From the NCBI GenBank assembly GCA_000004985.1, contig GG738886.1: a DNA stretch of 64,000 bases. One strand, written 5' to 3'. The notes below the pieces were generated by a model, which worked only from the letters and a program-made list of their open reading frames with translations, searched no databases and was not told the DNA's origin. This DNA comes from Naegleria gruberi. Lineage: Eukaryota. Below, piece by piece: positions 21,094 through 33,109 of the stretch. Within the stretch, counting starts at the first letter, position 1. Each line of letters opens with the position of its first letter. The translations under genes and the position numbers were made by a program.

Positions 21094-22786
21094 ATGTCCT
21101 ATGATGATACTGATCATTTTCCTCAACAACATCGATGGCTAACAGGTAAATTCCAATCTCAAACCAAAGGGAAGCTTAAGTGGATGAAAAGAAGGGATGA
21201 ATTGTTTGAGAAACGTTCGTCATTCATTCCGATAGAATTTTGCCATGATAAGGAATTGGTTTTGCACATGTTTAAAACAATAGAAATAGATGCACATGTA
21301 TTTGATTGCATTCAAGCTGATGTGATAGACAATGATTTGCTTGTTAGAATTATGAATAGATTGAATGATAGTTCAGTTAGATCTGAAGCAATAGATAATT
21401 TTATAGAACTTTTCAAAAGGTATAATATTACCTTAGACGGAAATTCAAAGGAAGGAAAGGAATTTGTTTCAGCCTATGAGATGGAAAATGGCAAGTATGA
21501 AACAGCCTTAAAACTATTCATAGCAAGTGGGAACGTCTCTAATATATTAAGACAAGATGTTGATTTCATTTACGACGTATTTAAACATTTTAATGGAGAT
21601 GAAAGAATGTTACATATTGTACTTTATTTTTGTATGGCAGATAAGGATGCTTTGCTTAGGTTCGCAGAGATTAATCCACATGTGGTGGCTTGTGCATCAC
21701 AAGAATTTCAACAAGATGAGAACTTTCTTAGAGAACTCATTGATACGAACACTGACTATCTGAAACATTTAATATTTGCTACCGAACACGACAAGAATAG
21801 TGCAAAAGCAAAGAAATGCAGGGAAATATTATCAAATGATTCGTTGAGAAGAAAGATGGAGAATGACGAGAAGTTTATACTACATTATTGTGCTGTCGAT
21901 CCTGAACTTTTCAGGTTGATCTCTCCAAAATTACTAGTTGACAAGAAATTCTTATTCAACATATTGGAAAAGATAGAGAAATGCCCTTTTGCATTGTCTA
22001 CAGTTTTGAATCATATTCCAGAAGTCATGAAAAGCGATTTTGATATTATGTTAAAGGCAGTTAAGATAGATCCTATCTCTTTTATGCATGCTTCTGATCA
22101 GCTAATGCATGACCAAGAATTTGTATTGAAATGTCTTGGACGGTATTCTGATCTAATATTTCCAATGATTCCTAATGAATTCCTTCAAGATAGAGAATTC
22201 CTTATGGAGATGTTGGAAATAAATGGAAGCTTACTTGAGTATGCTCCTTCTGAATTCCAAGGTAAGTTAATAATATTACACATTCTAACAATGTTAAAAA
22301 GATGATGAAGAGATGGTTCTTCAAGCCTTAAAATCTGACGGTGGTTCAATTGATTTTGTCTCTACACGGCTTAAAAACGATAGAGATTTTCTATTAAAAG
22401 CCAAGAAGCAAACAAATCTATATGTGAACCTGCTATCGAGGGCTATTGTAAATGATGAATTCTTACTGGAATCATTAGAATCACCATTTGTGGATGATGT
22501 TTATGAAGAAATAGAAGCACGAGGCTTAAGGGACAATTATGACTTTATGAAAGAAGCCATAAAAAGAGTGTATAGTTACACTGAATTACCAGATAATTTT
22601 AAAGCGTTGAAGGAAATGTCATTATTGGCAATATCAGTTGATGGTAGAGAATTAAAGTATGTTCACCATAAGGATGACCTTGAGGTTCAAAAGGCTGCCG
22701 TGAACCAAAATGGATATTTCATTAAGCAATCACAAGAATTGTTGGACTATAGGTTAGAATGTGCATATTTTGGATGCAAGATTTGA
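21094..22786 (+). CDS. Protein made of DUF4116-like repeats (D-R-E-hydrophobic-VL-x-AV-x-x-N/D-G-x-x-L-x-Y-A), 2 exons: 21094..22261, 22302..22786 (about 550 aa)
   Basis: The intron is 22262-22301 (GTAAGT...AAAAAG, 40 nt), phase 1. The splice yields ...APSEFQDDEEMVLQALKSDGGSIDFVSTRLKNDRDFLLKA, continuing the repeat register. Repeats include DFDIMLKAVKIDPISFMHAS and DQEFVLKCL. The start may lie upstream, since the frame is open from 21058. Confidence 0.7.
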
Positions 22787-23128
22787 TAAAAAATCATTTA
22801 TTCAGTTCACTTAACAAATGTAACAAATCTCTCCTCAAAACATTACTCCTGGTCCATTTGGATTACAATCTAATATTCTAAAATAAAACCCCGCTCTTAT
22901 TAAGGAAGGGGTTGTATATTGATATTTGCCAATAAACTGTATATACAGGGGAGTTACAATCGACTGTTAGGTCCCAACATGCAGAGATTTTCAACACATA
23001 GAATATAGAGAGTGCATGTTAATAAATCTTCAAAACAGTAATGAACTCGTTACTGGGAGGATTTTATCCAAACCACTTCCACATTTCCAACCTCCATTAG
23101 TTAGCGATCACACAATTATCTTAAAAAA

Positions 23129-24220
23129 ATGAAACCATTCACCACTTCTACTTCATCACTGGTATATTTAATGGTGATAAGTTGTGTGGCATGTTCATGC
23201 GTATGTATGATGGTTCATGCAGCCTCATCCACCTCTCAGTGCAGTAACATTACCATCCAGACTCATGTTGATGAGTTGGAGAGGGAAATTGCAGAGCTCA
23301 CATGTATTCAAAACAGACTCTCCAATGTCATCTCAGCCCTCAACATGAGTGCTTCAGTGAATGGCCAAATAATTAGAACAAGACAACGACAATTAGAAAA
23401 GATTTCCACTGCCTTATCCTTACTTGTTCAGGAGAGCACGTTCCTTAAGAATGTAACAAATCCAGTTTCTACTATTGTTTCAACAACTTCAAACATTGTC
23501 TCTACAAGTCAAGGGTTTATGTTTGGTGATGGAAGAAAAGCTCCTTCTTGTAGACAATACAGATATCCTGACTATCCATATCAATACGAAAATCAAGGAA
23601 GTGGACTCTATGTTATTGAGCCATCTCCAAATTTGATCATGGTTGTGTATTGCGATATGACTACTGATGGAGGAGGGTGGACACTTATTGCAGGTATTCG
23701 TTCTGATTATGAAGGCATTCACTATCACACATTTGAGGATTCAACAGCTATTTCAAGCTCGAATGTGACTTCGTTCCATATCAAGACACAAGCTCTGCTA
23801 GCCAACTCCACTCAAGTTAGAGCTGCCTCAGATGCAACTACAAATCCACAAACTGCTTTTTATACTTCCAATTGGCCATACAGTGCCTCTTGTACCATAA
23901 CCACTAGCTTGAGAAATGCCATCCAAAATACTCCAACAAGTGTTAATGGAGATTTACCAGCAAGTTGTAAGATCCTAACTGGATTGACTCAAGTTCCCAA
24001 TATTTTCACATATGGAAAAACATGTAATGGCCATTCGACAGGTTTTCGTTTGGGTTTCGCACATGGGAATTGTGTTGGACATTTGAGTGAATCAAGTTTT
24101 ACAACATTTTCTTTCAGTGGAGCTGCAGAAGGTGGTTTAAGCAGTGCAAGTACTGAAAAAGGTGTTTTTTATAGTTTTAATGGTGAAAAAAGCAGAAATG
24201 GAGCCATTTTTTTAAGATAA
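23129..24220 (+). CDS. Secreted fibrinogen-related-domain (FReD/FBG) protein with an N-terminal signal peptide and coiled-coil (363 aa)
   Basis: The ATG is at 23129. The hydrophobic N-terminus is MKPFTTSTSSLVYLMVISCVACSCVCMMVHAAS. The FBG hallmark is SGLYVIEPSPNLIMVVYCDMTTDGGGWTLIA (cf. VYCDMETDGGGWTVIQ). Single exon. Confidence 0.85.
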   Translation: MKPFTTSTSSLVYLMVISCVACSCVCMMVHAASSTSQCSNITIQTHVDELEREIAELTCIQNRLSNVISALNMSASVNGQIIRTRQRQLEKISTALSLLVQESTFLKNVTNPVSTIVSTTSNIVSTSQGFMFGDGRKAPSCRQYRYPDYPYQYENQGSGLYVIEPSPNLIMVVYCDMTTDGGGWTLIAGIRSDYEGIHYHTFEDSTAISSSNVTSFHIKTQALLANSTQVRAASDATTNPQTAFYTSNWPYSASCTITTSLRNAIQNTPTSVNGDLPASCKILTGLTQVPNIFTYGKTCNGHSTGFRLGFAHGNCVGHLSESSFTTFSFSGAAEGGLSSASTEKGVFYSFNGEKSRNGAIFLR

Positions 24221-24376
24221 TACCCTCCTTTTGTGAATGAAACAATTCCTTTATTTGGAACTTATTTTTACAAATAAAGTAATTTTTCTCCACCACAATT
24301 CTGACTCCTTGTTCCTTTGAATAAAAGAAAATGAATTTCTTTTTGAAATCACAATAATTATAATTATTTAAAAAAA

Positions 24377-26071
24377 ATGATTACTGACGGCAGTGATGAA
24401 GTAGTCGATCAATTTTGGTTCGGTATTGATTTTGGAAATTCCTTCATCAAAGTTTCAGCCAATGCTCCCGAATGTCCATTCGATTCCATTTCCGAAGAGA
24501 AAATTATTAAATTGTCAAATCATTTCAATTCCAGTATCGTTTGTATGATGGAATCGAACCTGACACGATTTGAATTAATTGGCTATGATGATAAAGCAGA
24601 TAATGAATTTATTGATTTTACAATTATTAATATTAAAAGATTAATTGATAATCTATCGGATGAAAATCAAATGAATGAAATTGAGATATTGGGAGTGGTA
24701 CAGACTGATAATGATGATGATAAGAGGTTTATTACTCAAATAGTAATGGAGAATGTGAAATTGAGATCGAGGGATGATTTGGAGAACTTGAACAAATTAG
24801 CTCTGATTAGGATTATGGATAGAAAAACAAATTCCTCAATTGAAATTCCACTTTTTACTGTTTTGTTAAAATTGTTTGAAAAATTGAGAAGGAAAATAGT
24901 TCAAAACAATGATTCAAAACTACTTTTATGTAATATTGCTACAATTCCAGTATTTTACAATGATTTACAAAATAATTTTGTTAAGGTTGCATTTGAAATG
25001 GCTGGATTTAAGGTGGAAAGAACCATTCGTGAAACGGTTGCTGCAGCAAGAGCATACGATTTTGAAAGCAAAACAGAAAGAGACATGTTGGTTCTCGATT
25101 GTGGAGCTACCAAGACTATGCTCTCACTATATCATGTAGATGAAGGAGTTTATGAACTATTGGAATTTATTTCAGATAGCAGTGTTTCAGGAAATTCGAT
25201 AGATGAAGCACTGGTTGACTATTGTGAATTGGAGTTTAAAAAGAAAACAAAAAAGATACTTGACAATCAGAACGCACGAAAAAGACTTCGTGAGGCATGT
25301 AAGATGGCTAAAGAGAAATTAAATAGTGATAGCACACCTCTCAATGTTTCAATACATGTTGATTCATTGATGGATGGAGTTGATTTCTCTATAATACTAA
25401 GCAAACCAAAGTTTGAGCAAATCATTACACCAACATTGTCAAAGATAGCATCCTTATTGAATTCCTTTTTAGAATCTAGAACCATCCATTCTATTAATGA
25501 TTTGATATTATGTGGGGCAAGCAGCCAAATCTCAAAATTTACATCAGTAATTAGAGAATTTTTCAAATCCAATCAGCAGTTCGTGGTTCACGATAGCATT
25601 CCTCCAAAAACTATCAATGCAAGAGGTGCTGCTTCATTCTGTGAACTATTCAGAGTTGAACAAAGTTATTGGGTTAATGCAGTATTATCACTTAGTATTG
25701 GGATTGAACATGAGAGGAAAATGTTTATTTTAGCAGATAGAAATACCTATCTCCCATTCCAAAAATCATTCATTATCGAAAAGAAGGTCAACCCTGCCAC
25801 CAATCAATACCACTTTAAACTTTATATGGGTGAAAGAGCTATACCGAGTAATAATTTATTTATGGGAGAGGTTTGCATTCCTAATAGTCAATGTGATAAT
25901 ACCAATATCAAACAATTCAAATTAGATGTAATCATATCAGAAAATGAAATTCTCTTCCTCTCCATTCATGATAACTTACAAGAGTATCATTTCCAAGCAG
26001 ATTGGACCCATCTCACTCGAGAATTAGTTGAGCAGAGTATTCAATTAGGTCACCTGGATAAATCATCATAA
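24377..26071 (+). CDS. Divergent Hsp70/actin-fold ATPase-like protein (564 aa)
   Basis: Motifs align to Hsp70 landmarks: FGIDFGNSFIKVS (GIDLGTTYS), VLDCGATKTMLSLYHVDEGVYELLEF (VFDLGGGTFDVS..FEV), NARKRLREACKMAKEKLNS (RRLRTACERAKRTLSS) and LILCGASSQISKFTSVIREFF ([20 protein letters not shown]). There is no EEVD tail and no substrate-binding-domain signature. Confidence 0.65.
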   Translation: MITDGSDEVVDQFWFGIDFGNSFIKVSANAPECPFDSISEEKIIKLSNHFNSSIVCMMESNLTRFELIGYDDKADNEFIDFTIINIKRLIDNLSDENQMNEIEILGVVQTDNDDDKRFITQIVMENVKLRSRDDLENLNKLALIRIMDRKTNSSIEIPLFTVLLKLFEKLRRKIVQNNDSKLLLCNIATIPVFYNDLQNNFVKVAFEMAGFKVERTIRETVAAARAYDFESKTERDMLVLDCGATKTMLSLYHVDEGVYELLEFISDSSVSGNSIDEALVDYCELEFKKKTKKILDNQNARKRLREACKMAKEKLNSDSTPLNVSIHVDSLMDGVDFSIILSKPKFEQIITPTLSKIASLLNSFLESRTIHSINDLILCGASSQISKFTSVIREFFKSNQQFVVHDSIPPKTINARGAASFCELFRVEQSYWVNAVLSLSIGIEHERKMFILADRNTYLPFQKSFIIEKKVNPATNQYHFKLYMGERAIPSNNLFMGEVCIPNSQCDNTNIKQFKLDVIISENEILFLSIHDNLQEYHFQADWTHLTRELVEQSIQLGHLDKSS

Positions 26072-26329
26072 TGATGAGATTTAGTCTAATCAATTTTGTT
26101 ATTGTTTTTGGTTTGGATTAATAAATTCCTGATTTGGAAGTGAGGAATTCCTAATCAGTTCCACAATAATCAGATTCTGGCCTGTCTTTCAGGTAAATCC
26201 CATATATTCTCAATTATTTAATCAAAGAGTTTAATCAGAGAAATCAAATATCATATTTATTGGTCCACAATTCTTCAAATGCATATGATGAACTTGGATT
26301 GTAAAGTTATATTAAAAAATTAAAAAAAA

Positions 26330-27582
26330 ATGTCCCTCTTACCCTTTTCCCTCTTTCACGATCACACGGAAAGCATTGATTATTTTCACCAGCCATTCTT
26401 TACAGATGTTCCAAAACACTTGGTCCATAAATTTGGAAAAATCAAATTTATTCTCTGTAGAGAATCGAGCTGCTATGTAGTATCGGAACATGATGAATTA
26501 TTTGTTCGTTCATCAGCTCATCATCTTTGGGAGAGACATGTGTTGGATTTTAAATGGCCTAACGAAAGAATTGTTAAAATCAGTGCAAGTTATCATGCCT
26601 GTGTATTATTGTTACAATCTGGAAATAGAAATGTGAGAGTATTTGCATGTCAAACAAATGATTATGGAAGTGATTATGTATTTGGAGAACAGAGAGGAAA
26701 TGTTACTGTAAATGTAGAGCTAGTAAATGATGAATCTAGTTGGAATACTAAAGTTTGGTATAGAGTTGAAGATTTCGATTCATTATTGAAGGATGGAGAA
26801 TATATTACCAATATATCATGTGCTGCTTTCACATGTTGTTTCATAACTTCTCATGGAAGATTATTGGCGTGTGGATGTAATCAATTTGCTGAAATAGCTC
26901 AACCAAAACAAAATACTTCTAATTATAATATTGCTAAAATTCAAGAATGTTGCTTTGATCCTAATAATGAGTGCAAAAAACCATTCTTTGTTAAAACAGT
27001 GAACGGAGATCACAATATCATTGCCCTGACAAAGGATCACGATATATTCTATTGTGGATATACTATGGATTACAATGGTCAAGATTTACCAGTTATGAGA
27101 CAATTGGGTAGAATTCCTCAAATGGAAGATAATGAACACTTTATTGATATATCTGCAACATATTATGAAAAGTTATATTTAACAAGTAGGTTTTTATTGA
27201 TCTATTTCAATCTAATGTATTGCAATAATTGTAATTGAAATAACAAGACAAATTCAATTTATATAAGGACAATGCATTCTATTGCCACCTTCCAGAAGTG
27301 ATTGGTGAGAATGTTTTTTCATGCCAAATGAGCGCTTCAAGTTCAGGATATATCTTGGTGATTAACAATTCCATGGTTTATTCTTTGGACAGTAGTGCAT
27401 TAAATCTCATACATACAGTTGAAAAACCAAGACCATTTCAAACTCTTTGCTCAACCACATCCCAATGTTCGATTATTTATTGGGAATATTCTACAGAGTC
27501 CAAGAATTTAAAGGAGCTACGAGAAAATTTCAAACATAGGGCAAGGGATGGTTTACTTTCAGATCTTTTAATTACCATTTAA
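26330..27582 (+). CDS. RCC1-like beta-propeller repeat protein, 2 exons: 26330..27185 and 27269 (or 27296)..27582
   Basis: The ATG is at 26330. Repeat-like segments are LLACGCNQFAEI and NIIALTKDHDIFYCGYT. The donor GTAGGT is at 27186. Two in-phase acceptors are possible (..ATATAAG at 27268 or ..CCAG at 27295), and I could not decide between them. Confidence 0.55.
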
Positions 27583-27766
27583 TGTTGCAAATAAACATAT
27601 TTATCATACAAAGGCAAAAGGAAGTTAAACATATTTCTCTTTTGATATTTGGTAAAGCAAGAAAGTTGGCTGCAAAACAAAAAAGCTTGACCTGAAAAAT
27701 AAAAACCTAAAAATACTATAAAAACAGAAACACAATTCCCAACCAACAATAAAAAAACACAACAAC

Positions 27767-28639
27767 ATGATCTCACAGGAAGACTACAGCAGGGAAATGA
27801 ACAGAAGAACTGCAATGGCAGAGTTTTCAAGACGTGTGAACGGTTTGTCATCGACAGCAACTCAATGTACCATACAAACATCAACTAAAACATCAGAGGT
27901 TAGTGGTTCCTCCATAGGACCATCTCCTGACCATGGTCTTTCAAACATTAGAGCTCCACGTATCAACAAATCACCCACTAGAATTGTTAAACAAGCAAGA
28001 AAGTCAAAAATTGCTGAACAAGCTCTGAGGAAGATTGTTCTTGCTTACTTGGAGAGCAATTTCATGACCAAATCAAAAACAGAATTCCAGAAGGAAACAA
28101 GATCCAATTTCCAAAAACACATTCTCATTGGGTTCATTCTCCAAGGAAAGAATTATTTGGGTGCCTATGAATATTTTAGATCGTTCTTTACAGTCGATCA
28201 ACGATCTATCTTTACAAGGGAGGACATTCATGATATTAGAACTGTCTCTACTTTCTTGTTGGGAGCTCATTTCTGTTCATGTGTTGCCAAGTAAGTATAA
28301 TTGAATTTTAGAAAGATTACAAAGATGCTGACTAGTAAAAACAAAGGAGAATTGAAAACGTGTAATGAACTGATATCCGAATTATTAAACGAATTTTCCA
28401 ATGGAAAAGGAGATATATTCAAGTGGAGACAGAAATTAAACGCTATTGAAGAACGAGGGGATTACCAGCCAGATGTTGGAGAACTCATATTAGTCCTTAC
28501 TGTACCTATTGGTAGATTGGAGGAACGAATTCCACATTTCAATGTTATGGAACCTCTTTCTGATGAGGAAAAGCAAGCATTGGATGCTGTACTTGTGAGC
28601 AATGCAGAAGATTCTGAAGATTCTCAATCCTCTGAATAG
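27767..28639 (+). CDS. LisH/CTLH-motif protein (GID8/Twa1-like architecture), 2 exons: 27767..28290, 28336..28639
   Basis: The LisH-like motif is AEQALRKIVLAYLESNFMTKSKTEFQKE. The CTLH-like motif is FQKHILIGFILQGKNYLGAYEYF. The donor is CCAA|GTAAGTAT at 28291. The in-frame acceptors are at 28311 (a 21-nt intron, implausibly short) or 28335 (a 45-nt intron, preferred). Confidence 0.55.
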
Positions 28640-28667
28640 TTTTTGTAGGAACACTGAAATATAAAAA

Positions 28668-30425
28668 TTAATTTGAATTTCCTTTTAGAACTTGAGAGAG
28701 TTCAATAATTTCTGGTGATACTTGTAGCCGATGGGAAACATACTCCAAGGCATTATAATCCCTCTTCATTGCTTCAATGACAATTTCAGCACAATCCCTC
28801 ATTTCATTGGAGGCATACTTTAGGGCTAGACCATCATTTTGCACTGCCTTCATGACAACCTCGAATGTATTTCTCCACTCAAAGCTTGCAAATCTGAGAG
28901 CATATCCTTCAGAATTAACGGCTTCCATGATAATGTCTCTATTAGAAATTGTCTCTTCTGTGTCGTGTGTTGTTGGCTTACTTCTGTACTCTGTATTCAC
29001 ATATTCCAACATGGAGCCTTGTCGTTTCACTAATGCCAAAACAACCTCTCTGTCTTTCATCAATTCGGGGGATATATAATTGAACGAATTAGGATTAATT
29101 TCAATAAATCTCAATACAAAGGATTTGCAAGATCTTAGTCTTTCAGAGGCAAAAGTAATATTTTGGGACAGTAATACAAGTTCTTCATCTTCTCCCCAAT
29201 GTATGATAATGTCTGGATCTCTTGCTTTGTATAGGCATCCAAATGCAGTTGGATCTTGGCTAACAGCCGTCATAACAATTTCTCTATCTCGTTTGAGGTC
29301 ATCACTCGCTAAAATAAGATTATGCCCATAATTTCTAACAGCTTGCAATACAATCTCTCTATCATCCCAAAAATCTGGGGCATAGTTGAGTGATTCTCCA
29401 CGATTGGAAACAGCTTACAGTACCAAATCTCTGTTTTGCTTCAAGTCATCATGCAAGTATTGTAGTGACGAGCCAAATGACGAAACTGCTAATAATCCAA
29501 ATTCTAAAGTACCTCTAATTCTCTCTGAAAATTCCTTAATGCACATTCCATCTAATGGAAGAACTATCCTTGCCAGAGAATCATTATCTCGTAATTTTTC
29601 AGAGACCACCTTTATCACTGCAGGATGTTTCTGGGCAACTATCTGTACAATTTCTAAATCATTATTATACATATCCACAAGATATTTGAAAATAGCTGGA
29701 TTTCTTCTAACACATTTCAAAATGAAACCCCTATTCGATTTAATTTCCTTTGAAATAAAAGCAAACGGCTCTGAATCTTTCTTTATCACAAATGTAATAC
29801 TCTTATAGAGCGAACTTTTCAAGCTCATTAAATTCAAAAAATCCAAATTATTTACAGCACTATCCTTAAACATATCCTTCCTAAATCTCAAAATCCAATA
29901 CTTGAAATGTTCAAATTGCTTTCTCCAAGAAACCATTGAATCACACATTGCTATTCCATCTCCAATCGTCCACACCAACTTTCCTTCCGAATTGACTTGA
30001 CTCGTCCACTCTTCAACTGGCCATAAACTTTTACTGGGATGAAACTCTTTAATTGCCTCTTGTTTCCTCTCATGCTTTGATGGCACAATAAACAATTTGA
30101 AAAACTCTTGAGCATATAATGAATCAATTCCCATCACCTCCATTGTTTCGTTCAATTTTTCATCCTCATCTTCCAAAGTCAAATTATTGTATTTCCTTCT
30201 CTCCATTCGTTGTATGAGGAATGAATTAATAATCAGGAGCCAATTCCTAAATTCTCTCTTCTCCACCTGAATGGCCAAGTATTGAAAAAGCCTACAAGAA
30301 AGTGCAAAGCTTCTCCTCGACCTATCATCTAGAAATTCAATTATACTCTGAATCAATTCGGAAGGTAAATTGTTTACCATCTCAATCATCATTGTATTAT
30401 TATTAGCACTAACGAGTAGAGACAT
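28668..30425 (-). CDS. F-box + DUF4116-like repeat protein interrupted by a single in-frame TAA at 29415-29417 (possible pseudogene, programmed readthrough or sequencing error)
   Basis: The ATG is at 30425. The F-box is LPSELIQSIIEFLDDRSRRSFALSCRLFQYL. The DUF4116-like repeats (DREVVLALVKRQGSMLEYV, NRDIIMEAVNSEGYALRFAS, TFEVVMKAVQNDGLALKYAS) continue in the same frame on both sides of the TAA: ...KQNRDLVL*AVSNRGESLNYAPDFWDDREIVLQAVRNYG... The TAA replaces the consensus-variable residue between VL and AV, which is A/E/K/Q/T in the other repeats. Confidence 0.65.
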
Positions 30426-30582
30426 TTTTTCTTGATGGTTTTATATATGGTTGTTGTATATATTAATTCCTCATTATGTCTATCATTTGGAACCTATTGA
30501 TAACATATCAATTGATAAAATGTAATAATATTAAATAGTCGCAGTTACAAAACTATTAAATAATAATATTTAAAAAAAAAAT

Positions 30583-32829
30583 ATGCAAAAGGATGATGAA
30601 CAGAAGATATTAATTTCCGAAGAGGATTTATTTGATAAAGCCTTTGGTCTGTACGAGGAACGATCATTCGATGAAGCCATCAAAATATTGGAAAAATTGG
30701 TCAAGTCGTTTGATGAAGGAGGATTGTTGGATCGACCATTGGAAAATAACGATTCATTCGATAAAGCAACAGTTTATTATTATTTGGCCAATTGTTATAG
30801 AGAAATTAGTAGATTTAAATTAGCAAGGGAATATTATGAAAAGGCTAGAACTTGCTTGGCAGAACAAAAGGAATCGGATTTTATTGATATTCAGGATGTG
30901 TTGAATGATTATGCCCTAGGTTTGGTTAGAGATGGAAATACAGAAGAATCTAAAAAGTTATATGAAAGGTTTGTTTACTATAGTAGTATTAGTAGTATAA
31001 TTAAGTGTAATTACATTTAATAATATAATTTATAATTTAGTGTTTTGGAATTGAATTCAAAGAACGTATCTGCTTTGAGTGGATTGGCAGCTTGTTATTT
31101 ATTGCTTGGAGATATACCGGCATCGAAAAGATTAATTGAAAAAGCTTTAAAGGTCAATTCTGAATATTATCATGTTTATCATGTTCGAGGAATGATTTAT
31201 GATGAAGAAGGAGATTACGAAAATGCAATCAAAATGTATAATCAATCTTCATTTTTAAATCCAATGTATGCAAGGAGTCATTATAATAAGGCATTATCCT
31301 ATGAGAAATTATTTTTGATTGAACAAGCCATTGATGAATATAGAGAATGCATTCGTCTTGATTCAACTCATATTTCATCTCATCAAAATTTAAGTTATTG
31401 TTATTTGCAAATGGGTGAAAAAGATAGAGCTATCAAGATATTACATGAAATTTTATCAAAAAATATTGATGCAAATTCAATGGCTGATATTTCGGATAGC
31501 TTTAGAGAAATTGGAGATGATGAAAAAGCTTGTCAAGTGTTAACTTCAGCAATTTCTTTAGATCCAACAAATGCTGAAATATATATTAGGAGAGCAGATC
31601 TTTATAAACATATGGAGAAGAAAAGTTTAGCATTGATGGATTATTTAAAGGCATGTGAATTGGATCCGCTCAATGATGAATACAAGCTACTGTATAGAAA
31701 TACGAAATTAGGGCCTGACAGACATACAGTAGCATTGTTTGGTAACGATTCATTTTGTCAATTAGGAAATACATCTACGAATGAGAGAAATATTGTTTGG
31801 AAACCTGTTTTTGTCTCTGCTTGTAATGATAGAGTGAAAAATATTTATTTTGGAACTGTATTTTCTTTATTTTGGGCTGAAGATGTAGCAGGTGAATCCA
31901 ATGTTTTTGAATGTGGATTTTTGAATGGTGTGGAGTATTTGCTATTTGAAAAGTTAGTCTTTCCACCAAAAACAGGTCGTGTGAAACAAATTTCTCCAGG
32001 TTTACAATGCTACATTATTTTGACTGAGGATGGTCAATTATTTGGAAAAGGGTTTAATACTGATTATTCCATGGGATTGCCAACTAATCATTTTAACTAT
32101 ACCAAACTAACAGAAATAGATACCAGTTATTTAGACTCAAAAGTACAAACCCTCGTACAAGGATGCAATACAATGTCGGCTCTAATTTCAACAAAAGGAA
32201 CCTTGTACGTTTCAGGACTTGTAAATCACTCCAAGTTTACCATGTTGTCTGAAGACGTTCAACTTGCAGGCCTCACGAGAGATATCATATGGTATTGGAG
32301 ACAGGACAGAGTGCTAATGAACTACAAGATATCAAACATGAAAACATCATTAGTAACCACTCCATTTAAGGAAGATATAAGAAAGATAGCATGCGGAGAA
32401 ACTCACACAATATTTTTGACTAGCTCTGGAAATATTTATGGCTATAGAATTAGTTCCGTTGGAGGGATTTCTAATACCCATGAAATTTGTAAGATTAATA
32501 CTCATTTATTTTCGCCTCCTCTTTACAGCCCTATCAAGGATGTAGAATGTGGTTCCGAACATAGTCTACTTATTAGCAAAGACAATAGAGTTTATGCTTC
32601 CGGAGATAATACAAAAGGAGAGCTTGGTTTGGGAGAAATGTCAGAAGATTTTATTCAAGTTTTTACAGAATTAGAATTTTCAAATCCACTGATCAATGCA
32701 ATTTCAAGCAATGATGGATCATCAGCTTTGTTTAGATCAACTGTTATCAGTGATGAAATTTTACGCAATTCATTCAATTTCAAACGTGTGAATAGTTTTT
32801 ATGATCTGGTTATTGTCTTGGAATATTAA
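30583..32829 (+). CDS. TPR-repeat + RCC1-like repeat protein, 2 exons: 30583..30968, 31041..32829 (724 aa)
   Basis: The ATG is at 30583. The intron is 30969-31040 (GTTTGT...AATTTAG, 72 nt), phase 2. The N-terminal TPRs include AIKMYNQSSFLNPMYARSHYNKALSY. The C-terminal RCC1-like repeats include HTVALFGNDSFCQLGN, GKGFNTDYSMGLP and VYASGDNTKGELGLG. Confidence 0.75.
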
Positions 32830-33109
32830 TAATGATAATTAGAAGAACCTGTCAAACATTCGAACCTGCAGGCAAAAATGAAAAAATCCAAATGCAATAG
32901 CTCTTCTAACATTTCAGATAATTCAGATTAATACGTCCATTCTCATTCAATTTTCTGCAATCTACTTGCTAAACACACTTAAAATAGAATTGTATGTTTT
33001 CTAGCTTTAATTTTTATTATTATTTCCATTCTGTGTATGGATTAAATTGTTGGTATGATTTTAGGTTGTTACTTGTCTCGATTCATATTTTATGATTTTC
33101 TTTCAAGAA

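Noticed and set aside
28291-28311. A 21-nt intron (GTAAGTATAATTGAATTTTAG) in the LisH/CTLH gene
   Set aside because: It keeps the frame, but it is shorter than every other intron reconstructed here (40-130 nt) and lacks room for a branch point. The 45-nt alternative ending at 28335 is preferred. Both give the same downstream protein.
29372-29418. Rescuing the in-frame TAA at 29415 with a GT-AG intron (CT|GTAAGCTG...CCCCAG)
   Set aside because: Any splice using this donor shifts the downstream frame into immediate stops. The repeat register is collinear straight through the TAA, so the stop is internal, not intronic.
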